Assembly: GCA_964016885.1 (NCBI GenBank) | Contig: OZ024749.1 | Coordinates: 3,596,001 to 3,660,000 of the forward strand | Length of the DNA: 64,000 bases | Origin: Eledone cirrhosa | Lineage: Eukaryota | Direction: 5' to 3' | Part shown: piece after piece, positions 1 to 15,907 of the stretch | How positions within the stretch are numbered: the stretch's first letter is position 1 | How the letters are laid out: each line of letters opens with the position of its first letter | Notes under the pieces: generated by a model | Told to the model about the DNA's origin: nothing | Seen by the model: only the letters and a program-made list of their open reading frames with translations | Databases searched by the model: none | Made by a program: the position numbers and the translations under genes

Positions 1-180
1 TGTTCTTGTTGTTGTCATTGTTGCTGTTCTTGTAGCTGTTTAGTGTAGCTATTGTTATCGTTATTGCCAGCGGGATAGTAATAGTACTACAACTGCTGTG
101 GCCAAGGTAGGTGACTTTGGTGGGTATGCTGTTGTTGTTGTCGTTGTTGTTGTTGCTGTTGCTGTAGTAGCTATTGTCTT
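1..180. repeat. Degenerate (GTT/GCT/GTA)n trinucleotide low-complexity tract
   Basis: Runs such as gttgttgttgtcgttgttgttgttgctgttgctgtagtag; explains the poly-V and poly-T ORFs. Confidence 0.8.
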
Positions 181-645
181 GAATGTGGCTGTGAACAGAT
201 ATATACCGCACCCTCCCTCAGAGTTCCATTTGATACTTCTACTAGCTAATGGGCTATGGCTACGCATCGTTTTTTTCCTTTGATACAGATCAACACAGAA
301 TTAAGTCTCTATAGATTTACGACCTCAACTCCATGGGGTATGCGTAAATCCTGTTTTCAGAAATTGACACGTTGATAACATCTTACTCCAGCAAACACAA
401 TGGCTGGGAGACCCCTTCAGGAACTCATATGTCTGTTGCGCACACAATAAATAGGACGTGTGTTTTTTCCTGTCGGCAGCATATCAATAAATCGTTTTGT
501 TTTTTTTCATCTGAGGATAACTTTCTCATAACAACAAATGCATGTAGCACTTGTCGATTGCATGGAGAACAGTGGAAATAATTATAAGGATTAAACGATT
601 CATGTAACATCAGCATTATTATTTTGTATATATATATATATATAT

Positions 646-840
646 AACGAAGGAGTTGTGGTAAGGAAACAGTTGGACCAAAACGCACCAGTACTCAACA
701 CTTAGGGTAGTAGTAGAGTGGGTAATAGGAAAAGTTATGGCCCCGACGGCAGAGCTCAAGCCGTTTCGGCGGCTATTTCTGGTGTCCAGAAATAGCAGTA
801 GAAACGACTTGAGCTCTGTCGTCGGGGTCATACATTTTCT
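646..840. mobile_element. Small fold-back element in (TA)n, probably PLE pLTR-derived
   Basis: Inverted arms ~729-782 and 786-840 with a 3-nt loop; TA runs on both sides. Related copies at 33467-33616 and, inverted, at 59805-59945. Confidence 0.7.
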
Positions 841-1364
841 TATATATATATACAAACAAGGATATGCCAGGTTAAAATTGGTTTGTGTGAATCAATTTGC
901 ATACAAATGTAGGTAATGGAATATTCCTTACCAAAGTGTTTTTCTCGGTGTGGTCATTGCAGGACATACGGTAACCAAACATTGGATCATTAGTTTTTTT
1001 TTTATTTAACTTTGTCAGCAGTACATAATGCCTATTGCGGAAATGCGGTAGTCACAACTATATCTCTAACCAATTTTACTTCACCATTCTTAAATTTAGT
1101 TTCTCTTACAAAAATAAACAAGATATGTTTTATGTGAGTTACCAAGATTTGAGAAAGCAATAATATAGCAATCACAACTAGCATATACAGTCATTCATGC
1201 GTATATACATATATGTATACAGACATATATGAACAAAAGGGCAACGATGGTTGCTAAACTCTGTACGGCTTAGTTCGGGCCTGTTTGTTAACAAATAACC
1301 AAACATTATAATAAATGTTCGGTAAACCGATACATATATATATGTATGTACGTATGCATACATA

Positions 1365-1431
<67 letters not shown>

Positions 1432-2095
1432 TATATACATATATGTAAGTTTATATATATAATATGTAGTAACTTCAATATATGTAAAAACTATAATTTA
1501 AAATAACAGAATCATACCGAAACAAACCAATCTAATTCCAAGTTACTAGTATCCACTTTTGACGACTCGAAATTCTTACTATAGTTTGGAATATGTGAGC
1601 ACAAATTGATATATATCTAAACTAGCTCGGCAGTTCTACAGGAAATTGGCAATACAGTGTGAGTTTCTAGCAGTATTATTGTAATTTAGAGAATACAACA
1701 AAATACAACAGGAACATACTTACACACATCCAATAACAATATGCAAAGTGACAGAAATTCAAAAAACAAAATGGAAGCAAAATTTGAATTATAGCTAAAA
1801 CGGAAATCAAGTTTTCCAAGTGTCTTAATAAATCTAGAAGTACAGTTAGATTTTAGAGAAAACACCTTAATCTTTAGCTTCAATTTACGTTGAATTCTTC
1901 TACAACCCTTCAATTGGCATGAAAAGCATATATAAGTTGGTAAAATAAGGAAGATATGCATTTTGATTGGTTTAAATTTAATACTGCTCCCTAAGGGTCA
2001 TTTTCACTGGGACTGAGTCAAAGTTTGATAATAGGAAGCTTAATTTTGTAGATGTCAATTTATATCATGTCAACCTACTCCCGCAGGAATATTTA

Positions 2096-2138
<43 letters not shown>

Positions 2139-2202
2139 GTATGTATGTGCCTGTGTACTGTGAGCATCTGACTATGCAATTAAAAAGATATATATATATA
2201 TG

Positions 2203-2288
<86 letters not shown>

Positions 2289-2290
<2 letters not shown>

Positions 2291-2684
2291 AAAAGTTCTA
2301 TTTAAATTGTTGGGATACAACAAGCAAATATTTTTATAACTGATATAAAGCACTCAACAAATATTTGGAGTAAAAATACGATATTAACAAATGGAAACCA
2401 TATTTATTTCATTATACATATTTCAAGGACACAAAGTTAAATTATGGTGTGCTTTCATAAGATAACATATAATATAGAGCAGTTTTATAAATAAATATTG
2501 ACATACCGGGAGCTTCCAACAGTAATGGTTGCATTTTTTAAGGGTAAGTCAATATTTATTTATAAAACTGCTCTATATTATATTTTATCTGATGAAAGCA
2601 CACCATAATTTAACTTGGTGTCCTTGAAATAAGTATAATGGAATAAATATGGTTTTATAAATATAGTTTCCATTTGTTAATATC

Positions 2685-2687
<3 letters not shown>
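2289..2687. mobile_element. Non-autonomous fold-back PLE pLTR element (family A)
   Basis: Inverted arms ~2377-2506 and 2544-2687. Sequence matches the termini of the PLE at 23613-28090. Flanked by microsatellite. Confidence 0.85.
2582..2645 (+). ncRNA. Type I hammerhead ribozyme (minimal, PLE type)
   Basis: attttat-CTGATGA(2589)-aagcacacca/tggtgtcctt stem II-GAAA(2626)-t aagt a-TA-atggaat stem I'. Confidence 0.8.
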
Positions 2688-2716
<29 letters not shown>

Positions 2717-2789
2717 GTGCGAGAAGTAATAACTCGTTTTATTTTTGCATCTGTGCGTTTGTCGTGTCTATTCTTTCTATTATTGTATG

Positions 2790-2950
<161 letters not shown>

Positions 2951-3363
2951 ATGTATACCTGACACTACACAGAATATATGGTGAATTACAATCATATGTT
3001 AAGGGGTATTTTCGAATTGAATGGATAACATTTATCAGGGTTTCAGTATCAGTGTCGGCGTTAACATGTATAACATAATACCAATATTGTTATAAAAAAA
3101 AATGATAATAATACTGTTACTACTACAGCTACTCCTACTAATACTTCCAGTACTGCTGCTGTAATAATTATCAATAAATCTTTCTCTCATTTTTACAGGA
3201 ACATTACCATTGGGTACTGAGTCGATTATATTGATCCCAATACCAGAGGGATACTTTAACCTATCAACATTTTCCGGATGAAATGTAAAGGTGATCATGG
3301 CACGACTTGTATTTAGAAGTCAAAGATCCCTAACTAAATATTACAAAACAATTTGTATGATTA

Positions 3364-4640
3364 TACTGGGTTACAAAAAAAAAATTGTTTGTAAGTTGTC
3401 TATGTGTTTTCAACTGAGTAAGGACAATTTTGCAACGCTGAATCCGAAAATGACACCCTTTTCTCTCAATCAAGTCAGCATTTTTTTCTAAGTTGATTTT
3501 TAAGAATCAAATCTTCTGACTAGATCGAATACATTTTTGTGACATGTCGATCGATTTTTGTTAATATTTCTCATCCGAAATATGTTTTTAAGAGAAAAAA
3601 GCGTTTTCTAAGACAATTCAATAATTAAATGTTACAAAAATTGATTAGTATACATTGGATAGTAAAGATTAATAAAGGTAAGTACAGTACTACAGTACAT
3701 GGATGTTAGGTGGTCATTGTTTCTTCGAACTCCTAGAATGCTCACCAGCAGGGATGTCTCTCTTCGGAGTTCAACAGTAATCAGCCATCATGACTGCATC
3801 CCAGTATCCAACATATACCTGGCCTCCATCCCTTTAATGTCCCTATGCAATTTCTCTCTTTGCTTGTCGTTCATTGATGCCGGATTCTCAGGAAACCGAT
3901 TCATATATGATTCATATATGGAAGAGTTGTTTGAAGTTTGGAATTTCTATGGTTTGGAGAGGGCCGACAATCCATGGTACTAACTGCTACTTCTGCGCTA
4001 TTGATTTGACTGGCCGCACCAGAAAAAAAACAGAGCAGCCTCAAATATCCTGATCTTGAATTAGCACGCCGTCCTGTAACTCATTGTGATGAAATTCCAG
4101 CATCAGTATTGAAGAAAATAAAAAAAGAAGAAATGGTTCTTGATGATGATGCTCCACATTCTTTTCCCCAAAAGGAGCTAAATTATCTAGTTCGAGATCT
4201 CAGCTTGTCAAAATTCTCTGCCGAACTGTATCTAGATTGAATGAACACAAACCTCCTCTCTGACGGTACTCGCATCACCTTTATCCGCAACAGTCGTCAA
4301 GAGTACCTCCGATTTTTTCTCTGAAGAAAAACTTGTTGTACTGTACAGATATTGCGCAGCTTCTACATGATATTGTGGTGTCACAGTACAGATTCGAAGA
4401 TTGGAGACTGTTCATAGACAACAGCGAGTGATCCCTGAAATATGTTCTACTGCACAACGGCAACTAGTTTACCTCTGTACTCGACTACACTGAAGGAGAA
4501 GAATGAAGCGGTGAAGTACGTGTGGAGAGAATTCGTTATGTTCAGCATGAGTGGTTGACATGTGTTGACCTGAAGATGGTGAACCTTTTCTTGGGATAAC
4601 AGTGCTGTTTCACAATCTTCAGGTCAACACATGTCAACCA
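3364..4640 (+). mobile_element. Decayed DNA transposon, Chapaev3 (CMC)-like, left end plus partial transposase
   Basis: Terminus-like tactgggttacaaaaaa...gctgaatccgaaaatgac. Frameshifted peptides KYPDLELARRPVTHCDEIP, PQKELNYLVRDLSLSK, EDWRLFIE, SLKYVLLHNGN, CVDLKMVN. Superfamily assigned from recalled motifs. Confidence 0.65.
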
Positions 4641-5624
4641 AAGCGTTTAGTAATATCCACGTAAATTGCAGCTTTTTCCCCCCAAAATACATATCATTGT
4701 AACTATATAAAATGCTAATTCCATGAAGTTATAGCAAAGAGTCCATTTCAGTAAAAGAAAGAAAGTATGCTAATACTAAATTTTTCAGATATCTTCTTTG
4801 GCCTCTACAAGTGTTCGCCATTAGGTTCCAGACGTTTATATACACGTCAAAATACTGCTTGGCAAAACTTATCCAGTAGGGATTGTGGCACATCTATTTT
4901 CAATTTCATCCGCCAGTGTAATCGGTATTCTGTGACACACGACATCATGTAGGTTCCAATATATACACAAGCGTCTGTAGAGATCATGAGAATATGCGGG
5001 AAACTCATGTGCAACACTTCGTCCTAACTAGTGACCTTGAAAATTCTCCTTCAGATAAGCCATCTGTTTTTTGGTTATCGTAATTTTATCAAACTTCGGA
5101 AGAGCTATTTAAAAAAGTTAAATATTCACACCTGCTTTATAATATATACACCTGAAGTGTGTATATATTTTTTATATATAAGAGAAATTAGAGGTATTAT
5201 TATTATTTTCTTTTTGTTGGTAATTTAAATTTTTTTCATATATTGGAATTGCTTAACAAAACGGAAGAATGAAGCTACCAGATGTTTGTGACCCATTTTG
5301 CCGATGGATAAATACCTGCTTGTTTTACAATGTTTGGTACTTAGGATAGAGTGACAGTTGCTGTATTAACTCACGTGTTATACACTCTACTACATAGATA
5401 AAGGTTTCTTTAATCTACAACAACTATTGCCTCGTGTATATATGATCTCCGTTCTGAAGAGCTAATCAATTACATCGGTGACTTTCGTAAACAATGTACG
5501 CACACACAGACACAGAAACACACACACATACACGCATACACACATACACACACGCACACATAAACACACACATATTCACACACATACACACACATATATA
5601 TATATATATCTATATCTATCTATC

Positions 5625-6068
5625 AAGGGCGGGTAAAATTCCCGAGATCCATGGACAAGTTCTCTCCAGCGGTCTCTGTCCCTCATTATCACTGCCCTGT
5701 CCAGCGTCTCCAACAGACCAGTGTCTGTCATTAGGGCATCAACATATATTAACCTTGCTCTTCCTCTTCCAGTGTGTTCATGCAGGGGAGCACTGAGTGC
5801 ACTGTCAACTCTGGATGTCAGTAAGCATGTCCAGCTAACCTCATTCTCCTCTGTGTCACGTTTGAGGTGACTCTTGGGAGGCTCCTGTACAGCTCTGTGT
5901 TCTTCATCCTCGGTGTATACAGATTAATGTCCATAGCCATCCTCAGCATTCTCGTGTAGCAGCCATCCACCATCTTAGTGAGTTTCTTGGTCAGTGTCCA
6001 AGTCTGAGATCCGTACAGCAGCACAGACACCTCTACAGCAATGAAGATGCAGATCTTCAGGTCTTTAC
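5625..6068 (-). mobile_element. 3' fragment of an RTE-type non-LTR retrotransposon
   Basis: ORF 5818-6030 SVLLYGSQTWTLTK...DGCYTRMLR...RRMRLAGH matches the post-RT region typical of RTE/RTE-X LINEs. Confidence 0.8.
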
Positions 6069-6112
6069 GAGGGTCCGACTTCTACCCCGATCTCAAGCTG
6101 TATATATATATA

Positions 6113-6317
6113 CCCATTCAAAACACCACCCTCTCCTACAACCAGAAAATATATAAATACCACCATACTACTTGAACAGTCGGCTTGCTGATGATTTCTC
6201 CCGAATGAAACAGTTCTAGTCCTGTAGAAGCCTTGTCTATATGAAATAGTTATACTCTGCTTTGTATTGAGTACATTACTGATTGGGGTTACTCCCGATT
6301 GAACTCGCGATAAACTT
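6113..6317 (+). mobile_element. Solo PLE pLTR (family C) with hammerhead at 6182-6232
   Basis: ggctt-g-CTGATGA-tttc tccc gaat-GAA-acag/ctgt-A-gaagcc. Homologous to 12770-12930 and 60841-61010. TA flanks. Confidence 0.75.
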
Positions 6318-6812
6318 ATATATATATATATATATATATATATCATTAATTTCAATGGCTCCTATTTATTAACACGATATCTTGCTTTCTTTTTGTCTTT
6401 TTTTTTATTTTCTTTTTTTTATTTTTTCCTTTGTTTCACTCACGTGAGTTTCTTTCTATGAGAGCTAGAATACCTTCTACTTGATAGCACGTGAAATTCT
6501 GTTTACTTGCCTTAGCTTAATTACTGTGAGTTGCTGTTAGACATGTCCCTTACCCCATATGATAGTGTTTTGACTTCTGTCAGTCGCTGAGTCCACGTGT
6601 GGACGTGTAGTACCGTTAGTAGGGTTCGAAACTGCCAATCCCATCTCATCGGCCGATGAGTCTGGAGTTCCCTGTCTTTCGTTTGTATTTTTTATGTTCA
6701 ACAAATAATTTTTTAAGGATTCCTTTTAAGAAATTGTTTTTCGTTCGTTGTCTTTTCATATTTTGCTAATTTTCCTATGTTTATTTATCATATATATATA
6801 TATATATATATA

Positions 6813-7140
6813 TATTGTTATATATATTGTTATACATTTGGTTATGCTGCCAATAGAACCACACCAACCTGTTGTTTTCAACTTCAATTTATTATATTGT
6901 TCTATACTATACTCTCTTGTTTTTGTGTCACAAAGGAGGGACATACAATAAAAACAATTCACTGAGGAGTTCACAGAATGTGTGATGAAAGATATTTGAC
7001 AATATTTAAACAACCTTCCTGTTATAGAAGCAACCAACCAACCGGAAACTTATATTAGATTGAAATGAAAAGCAACAAAATCTGCTCCAACACATATTTT
7101 CAGATACGAAATCATGCAAAACAAATTACAAAAACGAAGT
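6813..7140. mobile_element. Degenerate fold-back pLTR element (family D)
   Basis: Left part resembles 13422-13495. Right part has CTGAGGA-gttcaca..tgtgat-GAAA (~6962-6990) and a tail that is the reverse complement of 13366-13421. Confidence 0.65.
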
Positions 7141-7240
7141 GCCCCCCCCCCCCCCGCACACACATGTACACACACACACGCACATACACCCACCCACACA
7201 CACATATACACACACACTAACACATACACACACACACACT

Positions 7241-7660
<420 letters not shown>

Positions 7661-7907
7661 TTGCAAGAATGTCAATTACCCCTCCGTTAATAATAAAAAA
7701 AGCTGGAAATATTTTATATGATAATATCCTATTTATTTTGAGTCTGATTAAGTTTCGTTCGGTCTAAAATACTTTGATATTTATTCTTGTGATCTACGCG
7801 AAATACGTGCTCTTTTATCGGATAGATATACGTGATCATTTGAGTATAAAATGCAACAACTTTTCCAAGCATCACACACGATTACTTTGAAATTGGAAGT
7901 GCCCATC

Positions 7908-7983
<76 letters not shown>

Positions 7984-9814
7984 AGCTATATAACGGGATA
8001 AAACAAATAAGATTCTTGAATTCATTGGAATGTGCTTGATTAAAATATTTTGAATTCTGCCTGACTTGGCACTAAATGAAATACAAGGTTTAGTTTATTG
8101 TTGTTGTGAATATAATTGTGACGGTGTATGGGTAAAATGCTTGGAAAATCGCGCAAATTGCATTGCGAATATTGGTTGAATCTTGCGATATCAACTCTGC
8201 GCTCTTCTCTCAGCATCAGGAAAATATAGTACTAATCCAGTACTGAGATTGGCATGATTGACTTTGTGAACCTCACATTGTACCTGGATTAGACACTTTT
8301 CAATTAAAATGATTCATTTAGACTAGTGTCCTCGTGTTGTTTCCTAAAGTCCTGACACCATAATAGACGACACGTAATGATTCTTGGGAAATTATATAAG
8401 TAAACCATTTCGGAAAATATGTTTATCATATCACCAAATATTTCCAGTCAAGCCTCAAACTATTCATACTTGTATGATATATTTAAGGAATATTAGTTGT
8501 AATAGATATAAATAGTACCACACTTCTATAAAAGCTGTATTGCTCTCCAATAAAAGTTCCTAAGTCTCCTATAAAAAACAACATACAATCTTAGGCCAAT
8601 GCTGGGAATCAATACTTTAGTTTAAATCTCAGAATTCAACATTCCAAGCGTGTGGATCTCAATACACTGAATTACTGAGTTACTGATTAGTAAATTTTCG
8701 CAGAGATAGTCTTTATATTCATGGTATTTAACTAGCAAAAATATTTAAAAAAATGTTTTTAATACAATCATATTTGAATTTATTTCATTGTGTAGCTTTT
8801 CTTTCTCTTCTATTTTCTCAATATTTTAATCCATAACATAAAGACAAATGCGATTTTCAAATTTAGGGTGAAAAATTGCATTGGCTTTTGCATCAAGAAC
8901 AAAAGTGATATTTCTCTGAACTAAAGCGATTGCTTCTCACTAAGGTTACTATGCAATTTTGTGAGCATTAGAAGAATCAATCGCTTGTGTCATTTCGTTG
9001 CTCAGAGAAGCGGTCGAATAATTTTTCAGTTCAAGAAAAAGAATAACCTGCTTTTTTTTGTTTTGTTTACTTCTCCTCTAACACTATGTCGGCGACGGCG
9101 GAGGTGATGTTTAATTTCAATAATTTCTTTGTTTTATTTTGTCATTATTATTGTTGTTGTTGTTGAAATAATTGTCTGTTTTATATTTTGTTTATAATTT
9201 TACGTAATTTTAATTTCCATATGTTTTGTTAGAACATTAAACCACAAGAAATCTTTAGGAGAAGAAAACAATATCGGGTTGATTAAGCATGCTGATTTGT
9301 TTAATAATTCCGAAACGGACTATTGGCGCGAACTGCTATTTCATACTCCGATGACGCCTTTTAAGAGAATATTCATATCAGAGATACAGAAAAAATAAAG
9401 TGATTCAGAGATGGAAGGAGAGATTGAAGAAGGAATATGTGGAAAACAAGTAGAGATATAGTTAGAATTAGAAAGAGGAGAAGAAGCAGACATACGAGAA
9501 TAATAAAAGTAAAATATAAAACTAAATTGTAATTACATACGACGACAATGGGAGAGAGAAAATTAAATAAAAGATAAAAAAAAGCGTTTAAATATAAAGG
9601 GGATAATGATGTAGTATTAAAATAACATTACAAAATAATAATAAAAAATATAATAGAAAAAAGTTGCCATGGAAACGCTTTACATGGTTAATGTAAATCT
9701 TTTGTTTTGGTGCAATCTCATAGGACGCAAAAGAAGAAAAAAATAGCAGAAAACATAATATAAGCATAACAATTGTTCTCATACGCAAACAACCGCAGAA
9801 ACGGACAGATATAT

Positions 9815-9884
<70 letters not shown>

Positions 9885-9927
9885 GCCCACATAAATATAT
9901 ATGTATATATACATATATATATATATT

Positions 9928-9993
<66 letters not shown>

Positions 9994-10205
9994 TATTTAT
10001 GTGGGCGTGTATATATATATATATGTATGTATGTATGCATGTATACATATTCATGTGGGGTGTATATATATATATATATGTACGTATGTATGTATTTATG
10101 TATATTTTGCAGAAACATACGTATGAATTCAAACATACTTGTGTATCTATAGATCTATAGAAACAGTCTGTCACCACGTGCGTATACACAAACACACACG
10201 CACAC

Positions 10206-10291
<86 letters not shown>

Positions 10292-10417
10292 TGTATATGT
10301 GCGTGTGTATGCAGGTGCATCCACCCCACCCGTCCACACTTATCCCCATAATTATAGATATGTATATACATATATATGTATATATATATATATATGTGTA
10401 TAGGTAGAGAGGGAGAG

Positions 10418-10558
<141 letters not shown>

Positions 10559-12429
10559 ATCGATACAAAAATCAAATCGTTTTAATAGTACAGCGGAAAC
10601 AAAGTAAAATAATTCTCCCCCAAAAAAAACTGTTGAATCAATATGTGATAAATAATAACACCGTTTAACATTGTAGCTTCTAATATCTAAAATAGAGTAA
10701 TACTATCATATAGAACAATGCAATTGGAAGAATTTGATTTCCAGTTAACCATCTCAAAGTTTACAGTACCTATTTATAAAATAATATATTTGAATTATGT
10801 ACCGAATTAATGTTGTAGTTCTTTTTTGAGAATGTTTTGTTATTATTTTTAGTTTAGTTTCCTCACACTAAACACAATGGCGAAAGCTGTTAGAAAAATA
10901 TTTGCTTATGCATGGCTGACGCTCAGTAGATAACAGGTTAATGATATGAATATTTAGGAATGCTTTATATTTCCTACTATTCAATTGTAATATTATGTCC
11001 AATACTAAATCATATTCGAGGTCTTCAGTCGCCGAGCGAAGTATTATTAAGGCACAATGTTGTTTACTTGGGAAGAATAACGCTAATGACCGCATGTTTT
11101 AACCAGACGTTCTCATACTTTAGCCCCCAGACGGCTACATAATAGCCTCAACCCCCCAGAACTAATTCCAGAAACATCTGCCAACACGAATATTGTAAAT
11201 AATTTATACATAATAAATAATATAATTGTTTCTACTTTAGGCACAAGGCCAGCAATTACCCAGTGCTTTACTGGTACTTTATTTACAATACATAATAAAT
11301 AATATAATATATACTATGTAGGAATAAATATTATATATTTTATATTTTATATGAGTGTATCATTTGAAATTTAATATACTATTATATCATCTCTACCTTC
11401 CGCCACCGCTTAGACCCCAGCGCCCCCTGGACCTCCTTAACACACCCAGGGTGGTAGTACCCACTTGAAAACCCCTGTTTTAGGGGAACAAATTACAGTA
11501 TTTCGGTTGGGTGCAAAATACAACATAGATTATTATAATTAGATAAATACGCATGCGTCTTATTTAAGTCTGATATTCACTGTCCAATATTTAGTTTCGG
11601 AGGAGGTATTCAAATTTTATGCCGCATATTTATTCTGCCAGAATTTTTGAATACAATAAGTAAAGATGGGACCAGGGTGTATATGCAGGACGTACAAAAC
11701 AAATGTCAGTATTTGCAGTTGTAGGTTCTAACGGCGCCAAGTCACAATGTAACACACTACAGGGGATATCAATTACATGCTGACTGGTTCCGTCGATTAT
11801 AAGACGTGGATATAAGGGATTCGCAACTGAAATTGAATCACTTATAAAAGAGCTTTAGTAGGAAGTTCTTCCTAATGCAGTTCGGCGGTGGGGACTGGGT
11901 CTATGGAGGTAATAATTAACTCATAGGCATAATGACAAAACTAAGGTTCCGTTGTTGTCGCAGACACAAATATTTTTGCCAGATAAGGGTTATAATTCTC
12001 CAGTCTCCATAATCTCCATATATGGTTTCCCCTGGCTTCTGGTTGTTCCAAAATATGAAGATGAAACTGAGAATCTACCAAATAGAAAGCCAAGAAGACG
12101 GGCTGCGACAGAAAGAAATTCTGAAATACACATACCAGGTACAATTATCGCCTGGTTTATGTTGCCGTAGCAAAATTAAGATGCTTCGATAGGGAATTAA
12201 ATGTGACCCTAGACGGTGTGCCGTTTGGGCACTCGATGCTCATGCAGAGCAGAGTATATTATAATAGATGACGAGGAATCTATAATGCGTCAAAAGACAA
12301 TTTATTAACATATTACATTGTTTCTCCGACGAGCAGCTCAACGCAGGATCTGTTACAGATCGAATCTGACTCTGTATTCGCAAGTTCCTCAGATATGTAA
12401 CTGATATGTACTCAAAAACATAATCTGAT

Positions 12430-12929
12430 ATGTACTCAATATTTTGAATTTGTCTACAGAAATCTCTAGGCCTTTGTCACTTAGTAGAACCTTAAAGAAT
12501 TTAGCTTTTAAATAATCTCCCTTTCCTTTAAATCCATCAACCATGATTGACCCCTACTGATCTTATAGACACCTGTTAGCTTAAGTGAAACTTAAAAATA
12601 AGGAGTGGCACCCCATCCTGAACTTGTTTATAGAATTATTTCTGCCTTTGTACTCTAAAAATAAACTATAGCTTTGAAGAATTAGCTTTTAATGAATTCC
12701 CTTTTCTATCAACCAATGACCTGCACCCATCCCACTCCCACCCTCTCCTACCACTTGAAGATACCTATAAATACCATACTTATCTTTTGATACTCAGATT
12801 CCTGATGATTTCTAAAGAATGAAACAGTTCTAGTCCTGTAGAATCTAATGTATATTAAAACTTTTATACTCTGCAATGTATTGAGTACTTTACTTACTGT
12901 GGTTACCTCCGATTCAACCGAGGAATAAC

Positions 12930-12930
<1 letters not shown>
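12430..12930 (+). mobile_element. PLE 3' UTR/pLTR (family C)
   Basis: Close match to the reverse complement of 60841-61380. Ends in (TA)n. Confidence 0.8.
12796..12846 (+). ncRNA. Type I hammerhead ribozyme
   Basis: agattc-CTGATGA-tttc taaa gaat-GAA-acag ttctagtc ctgt-A|gaatct. GUA cleavage triplet, 6-bp stem I, 4-bp stem III. Confidence 0.85.
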
Positions 12931-12964
<34 letters not shown>

Positions 12965-12995
12965 AAAAAAAGAAAACCCTTTTTTTGCTCTTCAA

Positions 12996-13343
12996 TAAAT
13001 GTAATCTGAGTTTTTCTAATATTAATGATAACATTCGATTCGTTTGCAATTATGCAAACAAGCCTCCATTTTAGAGATCAATTTTATAGCTGTTCACATG
13101 CCAACACAAGAGGAAGAATGAAGGGTTCATTCGACTGACAAGGCTATAGCATTGAGTCTTGTTTGCATAATTGCAAACGAATCGAACGTCATTATTAATA
13201 TTCAAATCCCGCCGAGGTTAACTTTGCCTTTCATCCTTACGGGGTCGATAAAATAAAGTACCAGTAATGTACTGGGTATTTTCTGGCCTTGTGCCAATAG
13301 TAGAAACAATTATTAATATTCGAAAAACTCAGATTACATTTAT
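12996..13343. mobile_element. Fold-back element with a SINE inserted in its right arm
   Basis: Arm 12996-13065 is inverted relative to 13153-13200 plus 13309-13343. TA flanks. Confidence 0.75.
13201..13308 (+). mobile_element. 5'-truncated tRNA-derived SINE
   Basis: B-box-like ttcaaatccc followed by the core gccgaggttaactttgcctttcatccttacggggtcgataaaataaagtacc. Flanking direct repeat attattaatattc at 13191 and 13309. Confidence 0.85.
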
Positions 13344-13365
13344 ATATATATATATATATATATAT

Positions 13366-14055
<690 letters not shown>

Positions 14056-14091
14056 TATTCACACATATATATATATATATTCATAGTCACA

Positions 14092-14140
<49 letters not shown>

Positions 14141-14943
14141 CTGTGTGTGTGTGTATGTGTGTGTTTATAAGTAAGCCAGGGCGTGTGTATTTGCGTTTTC
14201 GTGTTTTATCTTCTCCTTCTCGAGAGGAGTTGCATATGTACATAAATAAGCCTGTGTCAGCGTTTTGTCTAGACGTTGCAGATCCCGTTTGTCAACAAGA
14301 CCAGTGACTGATACGAATACAAAAGCTAAAATGTGATGAATTATTTGCTTCAATTATACAATATATATTCATAAATCAATAAGCACAAGCACAATCGTTC
14401 GCTACAAAGTACATTGTGACTGTGTTTTGAATATTATAAAAACAAAAAAAATAATATGAAACAAAATAAAAGGACTCACTATATAGACTATGTAAATTTC
14501 AGCTACCAGCTACATGAATCTTTCGTACGTTGATAGTATTCTATTCATGCAAGAGGTAATTCTTTTAGCAAATATTTTGGCATAGATGTCATCATATGTC
14601 TGAAGAAACGGAAACCTAATTGATCATAAAGAAATATTGACTCTATGTTTCATGACATGAATGCACAAATCGGAGAGAAAAGAATTAATCGAAAAATACA
14701 AGCCAATATCTATAGGGATATATATGGCCTGAAACAGATTGGCCATAGATTTGCTTACAATATTTTTTACTATATATATATATGTGTATATGAATATATA
14801 TTGATTGAAAATTAGTTAATATCTCCATTTATAGATCTATATATACACAGAGATACACTCACACACATACATAGTTACACACATACACACAAATATATAT
14901 AAATACATGTATGTGCGTGTGTGTCAGTGTCTGTATTTGTAAA

Positions 14944-15050
<107 letters not shown>

Positions 15051-15125
15051 TTATACACACACACCAACACACTGACACACACACACACAACCACATACAC
15101 ATACACACACACACACAAATACACA

Positions 15126-15160
<35 letters not shown>

Positions 15161-15168
<8 letters not shown>

Positions 15169-15516
15169 TATTAATTTAACAATAAAATAATAACACCAAA
15201 GTCAAGTTATTTTACCTATTCGTATCACTGTTTTACGATCGTTTCTGAGGGTTGATCATATTGACATACTGACTGATCTATATCAGTTATATAACTCTAT
15301 ATTATCAGACTTCATATATAGGTTCGATCAGATCGTCTTCGACGGAACCTTATGGAACCTATACATGAAGTCTGATAGTATACAGTTATATAACTGTTAT
15401 AGATCAGACAATATGTCAATATGATCAAACCGAAACGATCGTAAAACAATGATATGCATGGGTAAATTAACCTGAGTTTGTTGTTATTATTTTTATTATT
15501 AATTAATATCTAATAT
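15161..15516. mobile_element. Fold-back element with long-stem-II hammerhead remnant
   Basis: Inverted arms meeting at ~15325-15355. GAAAC-GATC-GTA motif in both arms, preceded by an internal hairpin. Confidence 0.75.
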
Positions 15517-15723
15517 CAAACTCTGTATCTAAGGAATTAACTCCGCGGAATACAAAACCTTTTGTATCGATTTCACTCGATTACTCGCTATCAGATTACA
15601 TTGAGTTCCATCTACAGTACGGCCCTTACCACGAATGTTAGACCACACTAAATATATTTATTAATTTAGAACTCTACAAAATTAACTGCCTCTAGTACAG
15701 TTTATTTTACATATACATATATA

Positions 15724-15783
<60 letters not shown>

Positions 15784-15907
15784 CACACACAGACACATGT
15801 ATATATATATATATATATATATATATGGCTCTGTGTGTATGTGTGTATATATATATATATTTGCAAAACCAATATATAAATACATATATATATATATATT
15901 TATTTAT

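Noticed and set aside
729-840. A>G editing signature in other hairpins (729, 2377, 15161, 59213, 60282, 60571)
   Set aside because: Mismatches are mixed, with transversions or both polarities. Only 61854-62059 is clearly polarised.
1686-1961. Possible PLE thumb/linker relic (LPTYI...IKVFS)
   Set aside because: Similarity too weak to call by eye.
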